Below are positions 63,983 to 64,000 of a DNA stretch of 64,000 nt, one piece after another. The first letter of the stretch is position 1. Every line of letters starts with the position of its first letter. The notes beneath the pieces were generated by a model. The model ran no database searches and was not told the DNA's origin. It was given only the letters and a program-made list of their open reading frames with translations. Made by a program: the position numbers and the translations under genes. This DNA is from Thermoproteota archaeon (GTDB lineage Archaea > Korarchaeota > Korarchaeia > Korarchaeales > Korarchaeaceae), in assembly GCA_026986575.1 (NCBI GenBank), contig JALSOH010000004.1:320001-384000 (forward strand), in the 5' to 3' direction.

Positions 63983-64000
63983 TCACCCCCTCAGCCTCCT

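Overview
A 64 kb gene-dense stretch of an archaeal chromosome. It is most likely from a hyperthermophilic TACK-group lineage, and a Korarchaeota-like origin is my inference from S26e, a stand-alone 5S rRNA, IleRS HPGT/EMHKR motifs, AGG/ATA-rich codon use and GGTGA-type Shine-Dalgarno sites. The content is almost entirely housekeeping: four aminoacyl-tRNA synthetases (GlyRS, AspRS, IleRS, ProRS), RadA, a family-B DNA polymerase, DnaG, Pelota, the end of the S10-like ribosomal operon (L29, Rpp29, S17), S17e, S26e, the porGDAB 2-oxoacid:ferredoxin oxidoreductase operon, tRNA thiolation genes, two PAC2 proteasome chaperones, ABC/ECF transporters, tRNA-Lys(UUU) and 5S rRNA. I found no CRISPR array, IS element or provirus. 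Most notable: (1) several conserved genes apparently start at CTG or ATA codons (porG, cutA, rnp1, probably radA); (2) an unannotated ~88-nt GC-rich hairpin RNA with H/ACA architecture lies directly upstream of dnaG; (3) a non-canonical sulfur-relay set comprises a TtuA/Ncs6, a ubiquitin-like partner lacking Gly-Gly, an E1 lacking its crossover Cys, and a degenerate TtuA paralogue reminiscent of eukaryotic Ctu2; (4) the PolB has intact polymerase motifs but eroded proofreading motifs; (5) there are several other apparent pseudo-enzymes, plus an orphan HisD coupled to a TAT-exported ABC binding protein whose start is out of frame. All calls come from reading the sequence and translations, with no database searches.
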